The notes under the pieces were generated by a model that saw only the letters and a list, made by a program, of their open reading frames with translations, was not told the origin of the DNA and did not search any database. From an uncultured Pseudomonadales bacterium (GTDB lineage Bacteria; Patescibacteriota; Microgenomatia; UBA1400; PJMF01): a stretch of DNA of 64,000 bases. The translations under genes and the position numbers were made by a program. Where the stretch lies: positions 12,065 through 76,064 of the forward strand of contig CAYWDM010000005.1 of NCBI GenBank assembly GCA_964457085.1. Reading direction: 5' to 3'. Position 1 is the first letter of the stretch; every line of letters starts with the position of its first letter. Shown here in pieces: positions 19,930 to 27,890 of the stretch.

Positions 19930-20274
19930 ATGTCTAAAGTTGAAACACCATCCTCAGTATACGAACTGCCACTCTCCATCATTAAAAACATGATTGGCTT
20001 ATCATCAAGTGGTTTTGGGGTGGTGGTTGCATTGGCATGGAATGAAGTTATTAAGCGTGCGGTAACTGACTTTATTGATCCCTACATGGGCAAAAATAGT
20101 GGCCTTATTTCACTGTTTATTTATGCACTTGTCATGACCACTCTAGCGGTAATCGCAACCATGCAACTGTCTTCCATGCAAAAAAATCTTGAGTTACTCG
20201 CAGAGAAGTTTAGAAATAATCAAAAACGGGCAACAGTTACCAAACTACCTAACAAGAAAACAGCAACAAAATAA
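19930..20274 (+). CDS. small two-TM membrane protein (possibly MscL-like)
   Basis: Two hydrophobic helices; N-terminal helix GFGVVVALAWNEVIKRAVTDFIDP loosely resembles the MscL TM1 region; low confidence. Confidence 0.3.
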   Translation: MSKVETPSSVYELPLSIIKNMIGLSSSGFGVVVALAWNEVIKRAVTDFIDPYMGKNSGLISLFIYALVMTTLAVIATMQLSSMQKNLELLAEKFRNNQKRATVTKLPNKKTATK

Positions 20275-20323
20275 ACTACATATTTTCTGCTAAACTCTAG
20301 TGGAAATCTCTTAAATCAACATC

Positions 20324-21196
20324 ATGGATCTTACTATTTCGCCATTCACTATCAGCGACTGGAATAAAAAAATACAGTTGCCGCAGCCAGAATCGCATAA
20401 AGGGCAAAACGGCAAATTGCTAATCGTCGGCGGCTCAGAATTATTTCATGCAGCCAGCAAATGGAGTCTCGATGTAGCCTCCAAATTTGTGGACATGGTT
20501 TTTTATGCATCTACACCCAGCAATAACGCACTGGTAAAAGAAGCAAAAACTGAGTTTTGGAATGGAATTGTTATCGAACGAGATGAGATTCACCATTATG
20601 GTGCAGAGGCTGACTGCATCTTGGTTGGACCTGGCATGGAGCGGTCAGCTGAAACAGTTACCACCACCAAGCAACTGATTGCAGAATTTTCAACAAAAAA
20701 ATGGGTAATCGACGCTGGTGCTCTCCAAATGATTGCCCCAAGTGAAATTCCCACAACTGCCATCATCACCCCACATCCTCAAGAACTACAGCGACTACTC
20801 TCAACCATTTCGCCAGCTAAGCTTACTGTTGCTCCACCCCACAGTACCGACGAATTCTTACAAATCTGGCAACAAATATATTCGACAAGCGGACTCACCC
20901 CTCCAGCTGCAACAATTATTAAAGGCCACCGCGATCTAGTCATTTCTGGTGGCAAAGCCTATGAGATTTCTGGTGGCAACCCCGGCATGACAAAAGGTGG
21001 TACAGGAGATGTACTCGCAGGGCTTGTGGCAGCGCTGTACTGCACCAATACAGCGGAAGTTTCTGCCGTCATTGGCAGTTATTGTAATAAACTTGCCGGA
21101 GATACCTTACATACTTCAGTCGGACCATTTTTCAATACCAGCGATCTGGTTAACGCCATCCCCAGGGCAGTATGGGCTGTAGCACAACCAGCTTAA
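20324..21196 (+). CDS. nnrD: ADP-dependent NAD(P)H-hydrate dehydratase (YjeF C-terminal / Nnr family)
   Basis: GKLLIVGGSELFHAA near the N-terminus and KGGTGDVLAG C-terminal motif. Confidence 0.8.
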   Translation: MDLTISPFTISDWNKKIQLPQPESHKGQNGKLLIVGGSELFHAASKWSLDVASKFVDMVFYASTPSNNALVKEAKTEFWNGIVIERDEIHHYGAEADCILVGPGMERSAETVTTTKQLIAEFSTKKWVIDAGALQMIAPSEIPTTAIITPHPQELQRLLSTISPAKLTVAPPHSTDEFLQIWQQIYSTSGLTPPAATIIKGHRDLVISGGKAYEISGGNPGMTKGGTGDVLAGLVAALYCTNTAEVSAVIGSYCNKLAGDTLHTSVGPFFNTSDLVNAIPRAVWAVAQPA

Positions 21197-22296
21197 GACT
21201 CAGATTCAAGTTGAATTTGTTCTAACTGTATAACTGAAGCATTTGGTAGCTGTAACTGCAATTCTTCAAGTGAATCACGATCTGCGGTGGTAAGAATCGT
21301 CTGGTAGGTTTTGAGTAAATCCAGAACAATCATCCGACTTTCGCTATCAAGCTCCGACAAAATATCATCAAGCATTAAAATCGGTTGGGTGGCCAACTTA
21401 TGACGAACATATTCCAACTCACCCAACTTCAACCAAAGCACTGCCAATCGTTGTTGTCCTCTTGATCCATAGCTAGCAATATTGAGCCACTCTTCTAACC
21501 CGAGTTGCAGTCTCGAACCGGGAAACTGCACACAGAAATCATCCTTATGTGGACCAATCAAGCTGTGCCCAACGATTATTTCTTTTTCCAAATGATCAGC
21601 AAGTCGTTGCTCCGAAATTATTGAGGGTAGGTACTGCACTCGCAGGGTAAATTGGAATCCAATGGTCTGCAAAAAATTCAATAACTCCTGTCTCTTACGC
21701 TGTACATATTCCCCATGTTGCACCAAACTAAGATTCCAAAATGTCAAGCTTGAACGAGATTGCTTACGATCAGCAATCTGCTGCAGTACTCGATTGCGAC
21801 TTCTGAGTGTTTTTTCATAGCTGGTAAGAGCACGATCGTACTGCCAATCAATTGCTGATAGTGAACTATCCAAAAAAGTTCTTCGACGACTTGGCGAGCC
21901 CTCAATTAATCTCATGTCTTCAGGTCTAAACACCACAGTAGCTAATTTGCCAATAAAATCTTGTTTGCGACGGCGAATACCATTCACTGAATACAGTCTC
22001 GATTGGGTTTTCTTTCCCTGTACCAATCCTCTGGTAATCAGCATCTCCAAACTAATTTCTTCTCCATCATTTGCTGTAATTTCTCCATGAATTCTCGAGA
22101 GTTCCTGACCCAAGCGTATGGTTTCATCAATTCTGCCAGCTCTAAAACTGCTAGCACTACTCAGCAAACTCAACGCTTCAATAATCGATGTCTTGCCCAC
22201 ACCATTTAGCCCATGTATTAGAGTGGTATGTCCAAAATTTCCCTGCCAGTTGGGAACATTTCGAAAATTGTTAATTGCGAGCGATTTAAGTAACAT
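21193..22296 (-). CDS. recF: DNA replication and repair protein RecF
   Basis: N-terminal LKSLAINNFRN plus Walker A GLNGVGKTS; SMC-like signature region near the C-terminus; 4-nt convergent overlap with nnrD. Confidence 0.85.
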   Translation of the reverse strand: MLLKSLAINNFRNVPNWQGNFGHTTLIHGLNGVGKTSIIEALSLLSSASSFRAGRIDETIRLGQELSRIHGEITANDGEEISLEMLITRGLVQGKKTQSRLYSVNGIRRRKQDFIGKLATVVFRPEDMRLIEGSPSRRRTFLDSSLSAIDWQYDRALTSYEKTLRSRNRVLQQIADRKQSRSSLTFWNLSLVQHGEYVQRKRQELLNFLQTIGFQFTLRVQYLPSIISEQRLADHLEKEIIVGHSLIGPHKDDFCVQFPGSRLQLGLEEWLNIASYGSRGQQRLAVLWLKLGELEYVRHKLATQPILMLDDILSELDSESRMIVLDLLKTYQTILTTADRDSLEELQLQLPNASVIQLEQIQLESES

Positions 22297-22639
22297 GCTT
22301 TTTTTGATTAGCTGCTACTGCAAAACGAATCCACAAATATAAAAGTAAAATTTGCCAATACAAGCAAAAAAACAATAACCAATCAGAAAAAAGTGGCAGC
22401 AAACCACACATCCCAAAACCACTTTCTTGACAAGAAAACACCAATCTTACCATTGGAACCAGAATCAATTTCCAAAAAAAGTAAATCGATCCAACTGTCA
22501 GTGTCGGCAACCAAAGCATCCACGCAAAAACCCGTTCTCTAACCAACGATTGTGCCGTTTGGTAAGGATGCAGTAATAAGCCCTGTGTAATTTGAGCTAT
22601 CGAGTATGCGAGTGACTTTATTACAAACAGAAAATTCAT
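22286..22639 (-). CDS. membrane protein, unknown
   Basis: Three to four TM helices; follows the sigma factor and small ORF on the same strand. Confidence 0.35.
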   Translation of the reverse strand: MNFLFVIKSLAYSIAQITQGLLLHPYQTAQSLVRERVFAWMLWLPTLTVGSIYFFWKLILVPMVRLVFSCQESGFGMCGLLPLFSDWLLFFCLYWQILLLYLWIRFAVAANQKKHVT

Positions 22640-22640
22640 A

Positions 22641-22832
22641 TCATTTTATAAATTGCACAGCTATAGCAGATACCAACGAACCCACACTAATTATTTGCCA
22701 AGGAAAACTTCCCACTAATTGTGCCAGCACATCTAGTTGTTTTGGCAACAAACGTTGCTGCTGCAATTTTGATTGATATATCGCTTCAGTTTCTAGCAAT
22801 TTTAAAAAGTCTTCTTTTGATTTAACACTCAT
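22641..22832 (-). CDS. small protein, possible anti-sigma factor partner
   Basis: 63 aa with C-terminal hydrophobic helix; overlaps the sigma gene stop by 11 nt, which is typical sigma/anti-sigma coupling. Confidence 0.3.
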   Translation of the reverse strand: MSVKSKEDFLKLLETEAIYQSKLQQQRLLPKQLDVLAQLVGSFPWQIISVGSLVSAIAVQFIK

Positions 22833-23394
22833 GAACTAATTCTCTATCAACTACCACATACAGTCGTCTAAACTCTATTCTGGCTCTGAATAAATCAGAC
22901 TCAACCGCCTTCACACTTCTTCCCAACTCCGCTGCGATTTCCTTCACGCCCCGTCCATCAGCGTACTTAAGCAACAATAATTCTTGGTGTGAATCAACCA
23001 TTTGATGCAGCACTTTTAACACTTTATGCGAGACTTCATGTGAATCAGCCACCGGCTCTCCAAGCAATAAATCGGATAGAGGCAAGACTCTGATGGCCCG
23101 TTTTGCGTATATTTTTCGATAATAATCAGCAATTTCATGACTCAAGATGCTGATCATCCAAGTAGAAAGGCTGGATTTTTCCCGAAATAAATTAAGGCTT
23201 TTAAGTGCATTAATGAATGTCTCTTGTACTAGCTCTTCAGCAATAGTGATGTCGGAAGTTTTTTTTAATGCAAAGCGCAGTAGCAGTTGATGGTATTTTT
23301 GATACCAGAGTTTTACAGCCCTACTGTCACCCTGGCGTAGCTGCGAAAGTAATAGCTTTTCTTGACTCAATATCTCAGCCATGGTTTTTTTCAT
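22822..23394 (-). CDS. sigma-70 family (ECF-like) RNA polymerase sigma factor
   Basis: Region-2 like segment (LVQETFINALKSLNLF) and region-4 HTH (VKEIAAELGRSVKAVESDLFRAR); likely start at MKKTMAEIL (23394) rather than the track start at 23460. Confidence 0.7.
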   Translation of the reverse strand: MKKTMAEILSQEKLLLSQLRQGDSRAVKLWYQKYHQLLLRFALKKTSDITIAEELVQETFINALKSLNLFREKSSLSTWMISILSHEIADYYRKIYAKRAIRVLPLSDLLLGEPVADSHEVSHKVLKVLHQMVDSHQELLLLKYADGRGVKEIAAELGRSVKAVESDLFRARIEFRRLYVVVDRELVHEC

Positions 23395-23402
23395 ATCTCC
23401 TC

Positions 23403-23411
23403 TTGTATAAT
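23403..23411 (+). promoter_or_regulatory. putative extended -10 (TTGTATAAT) upstream of the first pilin-like gene
   Basis: TATAAT at 23406-23411 preceded by TG; lies inside the 5' end of the divergent sigma gene; no clear -35. Confidence 0.3.
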
Positions 23412-23416
23412 AGCAT

Positions 23417-23785
23417 TTGAATATGCTTTCCCCACTACTAAGCCCCAAACATATTGGCAAATTGCTTGCAGCTTCATCTGGTGATCCAAATATTAATTTG
23501 TCAGACTACCTTATTTTAAAAAGTGGAAAAAAAGTCAGTGAAGTGTACTCGACGCCAGCTGATATGATCAATCTGGTTGTCTCAAATACTTTTGTAATCG
23601 CAGGATTTTTGTTGTTTATTTTTATTATCGCAGCAGGTTTTAAAATTATCTCCAGCGACAGCAAAGGCATCCAAGAGGGACAGACTATCATCACTGGGGT
23701 TCTAACTGGATTTATAATTATGTTTGCGGCTTTTTGGATTATTCAAATTCTTGAGTTAATTACCGGCGTGAATATTATTTTTTAG
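23417..23785 (+). CDS. T4SS pilin-like small membrane protein, paralog 1 (TrbC/VirB2-like)
   Basis: Two-helix hairpin with the family motif region ...ISSDSKGIQEGQTIITGVLTGFIIM...; track start is TTG at 23417, first ATG at 23423. Confidence 0.55.
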   Translation: MNMLSPLLSPKHIGKLLAASSGDPNINLSDYLILKSGKKVSEVYSTPADMINLVVSNTFVIAGFLLFIFIIAAGFKIISSDSKGIQEGQTIITGVLTGFIIMFAAFWIIQILELITGVNIIF

Positions 23786-23797
23786 AGCAGTATAATC

Positions 23798-24259
23798 ATG
23801 AGCAAGATGAGAACCTTATTTTTAAATGCAACCAAAAAACTAAGCAGACTTCTTTTATTTGTCTTTGGACTTTCGTTTGCTTTTCTCGGTTTCCCATCAT
23901 TGGTGTCGGCACAAGCGGACATCTTTGGAAAAATTAGTGCCCCAGCAGGCGTTGACAAATATAATGCCAAAGCTGGTGTTGGTGGCATTGGCCTCATTTT
24001 ATTTGTTTCTAACCTCATCAGACTCACTACAGTGGTCGCAGGCATCTGGGTCTTTATCAACTTTATTATGGCTGGCTGGATCTACATCACCTCATCTGGT
24101 GACGCCAGTGCACACGCCAAAGTGAGTAGTAAAATGACCATGAGTATCATGGGACTGATGATCATCGTTGGTGCATACACAATCGCCGCACTACTTGGGC
24201 TCATCATATTTGGCGATGCAAGCTATATACTGAATCCAAAGTTGAAAGGTATCCAGTAA
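23798..24259 (+). CDS. T4SS pilin-like protein, paralog 2
   Basis: Signal peptide ending VSA-QA; C-terminal WIYITSSGDASAHAKVSSKMTMSIMGLMII hairpin motif. Confidence 0.6.
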   Translation: MSKMRTLFLNATKKLSRLLLFVFGLSFAFLGFPSLVSAQADIFGKISAPAGVDKYNAKAGVGGIGLILFVSNLIRLTTVVAGIWVFINFIMAGWIYITSSGDASAHAKVSSKMTMSIMGLMIIVGAYTIAALLGLIIFGDASYILNPKLKGIQ

Positions 24260-24654
24260 TGCCAGTATTGGTCTCCACACTCATTGCACAGATGAAAGAC
24301 ATTAATCTTGGGACTGTTGATCCTGCAACAGACGCTTTTAGTAAAGGTTCTGCACAAGCAAATGGCGACAAAGCTATTAGTAATCTTGAGCTTTTTATTA
24401 GCAATACAATCGGTTTCATGACTACCCTAGCAGGATTATTTTTTATAATTTATTTTTTCATGGGTGCCTTTCACTGGATTACTAGTGGTGGTGATAAAAG
24501 TAAAACAGAAAAAGCTCGAGAACAAATCACTCAAGGTGTGCTTGGCTTAGTTATTATCATTGCTGCATATGCAATTATTGGTTTAGTGGGAAGTGTCATT
24601 GGTCTAGACCTGCTCACTCCTGGAGAACAAATCAAAAAATTAATTCCAAAATAA
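24259..24654 (+). CDS. T4SS pilin-like protein, paralog 3
   Basis: HWITSGGDKSKTEKAREQITQGVLGLVIII motif; no obvious cleavable signal peptide. Confidence 0.6.
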   Translation: MPVLVSTLIAQMKDINLGTVDPATDAFSKGSAQANGDKAISNLELFISNTIGFMTTLAGLFFIIYFFMGAFHWITSGGDKSKTEKAREQITQGVLGLVIIIAAYAIIGLVGSVIGLDLLTPGEQIKKLIPK

Positions 24655-25091
24655 TGCATACTATGCGTAATTTTTCCTCAACACTTTTTACAGTTACTTC
24701 ACTACTTATTAGCTCTGCTTTTTCTCCAATTCTCGTACAGGCGCAAGGCATCAAAAATCCAGTCATCGGCAAACTGGGTGACAGTGTCACAAAAGCTGAA
24801 TCTGGAGAGTTATTCACTAGTTATTTTGTCAGCCTTTGGCGAGTAATCATGAGTGTTGGTGCAATTATGGTCATGGTGTATTTTATTTGGGGTTCATTTG
24901 AATGGATTACTAGTGCAGGAGACAAAGGCAAACTTGAATCCGCAAGACAACGCATTACTTCTGCAATTATTGGTTTAATAATCCTCGTTAGCTCACTCAC
25001 GATTATTGGCTTTGTTGGCAAACTGTTCTTTGGAACTGATTTTGATATCTTACAATTAACATTTCCCACACCAGCTGGTGTAACTCCATAA
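24654..25091 (+). CDS. T4SS pilin-like protein, paralog 4
   Basis: Signal peptide ending VQA-QG; EWITSAGDKGKLESARQRITSAIIGLIIL motif. Confidence 0.6.
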   Translation: MHTMRNFSSTLFTVTSLLISSAFSPILVQAQGIKNPVIGKLGDSVTKAESGELFTSYFVSLWRVIMSVGAIMVMVYFIWGSFEWITSAGDKGKLESARQRITSAIIGLIILVSSLTIIGFVGKLFFGTDFDILQLTFPTPAGVTP

Positions 25092-25094
25092 CCT

Positions 25095-25445
25095 ATGTCA
25101 CGACTTGCCCTCAAACTCGATTTTGCTAAAGAAGCTGGTACCCAACAACTCCCAGGCTATAAAAACGTTTCATCTGCTGATGCTGGATTTGGGGCATGGC
25201 TTGGCAGCATTCTGAGTGCGGTTATGTCTGTTGCCGCAATCCTGGTTTTCCTATATCTGATCTGGGGTGGCATTGAATGGATCACTAGTGGTGGCGATAA
25301 GGGCAAAACTGAAGCTGCTCGCAACAAGATCACATCAGCCATTATTGGCATCATTGTTCTGGGTGCTTCAACTGCAATTATTACTGTGGTGCAAAGTTTC
25401 CTGGGAGTCTGTTTCTTAAAATTCGCTGGTGCGAGTTGTATTTAA
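25095..25445 (+). CDS. T4SS pilin-like protein, paralog 5
   Basis: IWGGIEWITSGGDKGKTEAARNKITSAIIGIIVL motif; about 106 nt nearly identical to paralog 6. Confidence 0.6.
   Translation: MSRLALKLDFAKEAGTQQLPGYKNVSSADAGFGAWLGSILSAVMSVAAILVFLYLIWGGIEWITSGGDKGKTEAARNKITSAIIGIIVLGASTAIITVVQSFLGVCFLKFAGASCI
25243..25348 (+). repeat. 106-nt segment about 92 percent identical to 25708..25813 (paralog 5/6 gene-conversion tract)
   Basis: Direct alignment ggttttcctatatctgatctggggtggcattgaatggat... with about 8 mismatches over 106 nt. Confidence 0.8.
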
Positions 25446-25520
25446 TTTTCGCTAGTTTGCTTCGCCAAGAAAGTATTGATATAATAATCTAGTATCACGG
25501 AAATTATTATAAGGATAATC

Positions 25521-25925
25521 ATGAAAAAACTACAACAACTTGCTCTTTCCGCTGGCACAGCCGTCACTTCGCTTGCCATCACCGCTTCAAGCGTATTGGC
25601 TGCAGGCATCAAAGACACCAACATCGAACCCGGCAAGGGTTTTGCAACCAGTTTTGGTGGCTTAGTTAACGGTCTTGTTAGTTTTGTTATGGTCATCGCC
25701 GCAGTAATGGTTTTCCTATATCTGATCTGGGGTGGCATTGAATGGATTACTAGTGGTGGCGATAAAGGTAAAACTGAAGCTGCTCGAAACAAAATCACTT
25801 CAGCCGTTATTGGTTTGATCGTGGTTGCTGCTTCATATGCAATCATGACTTTGGCTCTAAACTTTTTGGGCTTCTCAAACCTCAACGAGGTCTTCCAGAA
25901 CACCAAGACTATCGATGGCAAATAA
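25521..25925 (+). CDS. T4SS pilin-like protein, paralog 6
   Basis: Signal peptide ending VLA-AG; IWGGIEWITSGGDKGKTEAARNKITSAVIGLIVV motif identical to paralog 5 over the core. Confidence 0.6.
   Translation: MKKLQQLALSAGTAVTSLAITASSVLAAGIKDTNIEPGKGFATSFGGLVNGLVSFVMVIAAVMVFLYLIWGGIEWITSGGDKGKTEAARNKITSAVIGLIVVAASYAIMTLALNFLGFSNLNEVFQNTKTIDGK
25708..25813 (+). repeat. second copy of the 106-nt near-identical tract (see 25243..25348)
   Basis: See partner repeat. Confidence 0.8.
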
Positions 25926-25949
25926 GCCAGAGATTTATAAAGCAATTAG

Positions 25950-25976
25950 AAAAGACCCCGAAAGGGGTCTTTTTGG
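25950..25976 (+). terminator. rho-independent terminator after pilin paralog 6
   Basis: AAAAGACCCC-gaaa-GGGGTCTTTTT: 7-bp GC-rich stem, 4-nt loop, T5 run. Confidence 0.8.
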
Positions 25977-26044
25977 TTGTTGAGTTTTACTACAACCACA
26001 TAGACACAAAGTGCAATATGCTGAGATATAATCAATTCACAACA

Positions 26045-26476
26045 ATGAAAAATCGTAAATCAAATCCTCTATATTCCAAACTAATCACTGTTAGTTACTT
26101 GGCTCTTTTTTCTCTTGCATTTCCCCAAGTAGCAAGAGCTCAGACTACCGCTTGGAGCGGAGTTTGTGTGTACGCAGATGATCCTGAAGTTGCCACGATT
26201 CAAGGATTGCAGTGTCTACTGGCAAATGTCTTGTCTGTGGCGCTGACCATTATTGGAATTGCCGGTTTTGTGATGTTGATTTTTGGTTCTATGAAATATC
26301 TACTCTCCGGTGGCAATGCTCAACACGTCGAGAAAGCTAAAAACACCATGACCTATGCAGTTGTTGGTTTAATTGTGGGACTAAGCTCTTTTATTATTCT
26401 AAATTTAGTTGCAAGCTTCACTGGCGTCAGCAGCATTCTGCAATTTACAATTCCAGATTCCTCAACAATGTGGTAA
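26045..26476 (+). CDS. T4SS pilin-like protein, paralog 7 (divergent)
   Basis: Signal peptide ending ARA-QT; YLLSGGNAQHVEKAKNTMTYAVVGLIVGL motif. The track ORF start (TTG 25973) runs through the upstream terminator, so ATG 26045 is preferred. Confidence 0.55.
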   Translation: MKNRKSNPLYSKLITVSYLALFSLAFPQVARAQTTAWSGVCVYADDPEVATIQGLQCLLANVLSVALTIIGIAGFVMLIFGSMKYLLSGGNAQHVEKAKNTMTYAVVGLIVGLSSFIILNLVASFTGVSSILQFTIPDSSTMW

Positions 26477-26500
26477 TTTTTGGAATCTATTCCAAAAAAA
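26476..26500. terminator. possible bidirectional terminator between convergent pilin paralog 7 and uppS
   Basis: TTTTGGAATctATTCCAAAAAAA palindrome flanked by T-run and A-run; AT-rich stem, so weak. Confidence 0.3.
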
Positions 26501-27214
26501 TCAGCTACCGTACCGTCGCTGTCGTTGTTGGTATTCTTCGATGGCTGTATTCAGCTCTGCAACTCCAAAATCTGGCATTAGTACTTTAGTGAAGTACAGC
26601 TCTGCATAAACGCTTTGCCATGCCAAAAAACCTGACAGTCGCTGCTCACCGCCTGGTCTGATAATTAAATCTGGATCGGGCACTGGGTGACTATCAAGCA
26701 AACCAGAAAGAATTGCTTCATCAAGCTTAGTGGTGGTTTTGCCTGCGGTTAATTGCTCTGTATGCCAGCTATTCGTTGCCCTCAAAATTTCATCTCTACC
26801 TCCATAGTTCAGAGCAAATATCACAGTCAACTTGTTATTTTCTTTTGTGGTTTGTTTCCACTTCTCAATATTTTTTTGGATATCCTCTGGAAATTTAGTG
26901 AGATCGCCAATTGTTTGAATTTTCACACCTTTGTCATGCAACCTACTTGAACTCACACCGAAAGACTCTCTAAACAAACTCATCAATCCGCTCACTTCTT
27001 GAGGATCTCGTCGCCAGTTCTCAGTACTAAATGCCCAAAGAGTAACGTACGAAATGCCCAACTCAATGCAACGATCAACTAATTTTTCAATCACCTCATG
27101 AGCAACTTTCTGATGCCCTTGGATGATTTCAAGTCCATGTAATTTTGCCCAACGGCGATTGCCATCCATGATAATGGCAATGTGTCGAGGCATAGTTGGT
27201 TTTGGTGTAGACAT
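26501..27214 (-). CDS. uppS: undecaprenyl-diphosphate synthase (cis-prenyltransferase)
   Basis: HIAIIMDGNRRWA and downstream cis-IPPS motifs (ALNYGGRDEI). Confidence 0.85.
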   Translation of the reverse strand: MSTPKPTMPRHIAIIMDGNRRWAKLHGLEIIQGHQKVAHEVIEKLVDRCIELGISYVTLWAFSTENWRRDPQEVSGLMSLFRESFGVSSSRLHDKGVKIQTIGDLTKFPEDIQKNIEKWKQTTKENNKLTVIFALNYGGRDEILRATNSWHTEQLTAGKTTTKLDEAILSGLLDSHPVPDPDLIIRPGGEQRLSGFLAWQSVYAELYFTKVLMPDFGVAELNTAIEEYQQRQRRYGS

Positions 27215-27228
27215 ACGTTTGAGTTGAG

Positions 27229-27828
27229 CTATTGAATGAATTTTTCGAGAGCTACTTTTATTTTTGGGTCACTGATCATTAGTCGAAACCAGGGTGCAAA
27301 ATCATGCCAACCGCGTGACTCTGGAGTTTTTACATCATCCAACTCAGCAACGATTGCATCCCAACTCAGCCATTCCACAGCCACTGCCTCGCTTGGGTTA
27401 GGGGTCAAATCATCTTCCATATACCACCCAGCAAAGATGTGATCAAATTCACGTTCGCTGAACTCCTCATTACAAACTGCATGGTATAAAAATGTAGTTA
27501 TTTCTTGAGGTTTTTGAGCAGTCAGATTTAGTTCTTCGCGTAGTCTGCGATGAGCACATTCCTTCGGTGTCTCTCCAGGCGTGACATTACCGCAAATAGT
27601 ATTTGCCCACTGCCAACCCCCGACAATTTTAAGCGGACTACGTTGCTGAATTAGCAATTCCACCTCTTGGGTTTGAGGGTTCTTCCTAAATAAATAAACC
27701 GAGCAAGCCAAATGTAAAATCCCTTCACCGCGATGAGCCTCAATTTTGTCCATCTGTCCAGTTGACTGTCCCTGTTCGTTCACTAAAGTCACCAAATCTG
27801 CCGAGGAAGCATTTGTCATAAACCGCAT
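27229..27828 (-). CDS. idi: isopentenyl-diphosphate delta-isomerase type 1 (Nudix fold)
   Basis: HLACSVYLF...LLIQQRSPLK...WANTICGNV...ECAHRRLREELNL follows the IDI-1 pattern (A-F-S-V-x-L-F / W-T-N-x-C-C-x-H-P / R-R-L-x-E-E-L-G). Confidence 0.6.
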   Translation of the reverse strand: MRFMTNASSADLVTLVNEQGQSTGQMDKIEAHRGEGILHLACSVYLFRKNPQTQEVELLIQQRSPLKIVGGWQWANTICGNVTPGETPKECAHRRLREELNLTAQKPQEITTFLYHAVCNEEFSEREFDHIFAGWYMEDDLTPNPSEAVAVEWLSWDAIVAELDDVKTPESRGWHDFAPWFRLMISDPKIKVALEKFIQ

Positions 27829-27890
27829 TATAATCAGCAGTGCTTTTTTGAGCTACAGTCACAAAAAAGCCCGCGTGAAAATGAGCTGCT

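Noticed and set aside
25973-26044. Upstream TTG start of pilin paralog 7 ORF
   Set aside because: It would read through the strong rho-independent terminator at 25950..25976; the signal-peptide-bearing start at ATG 26045 is far more plausible
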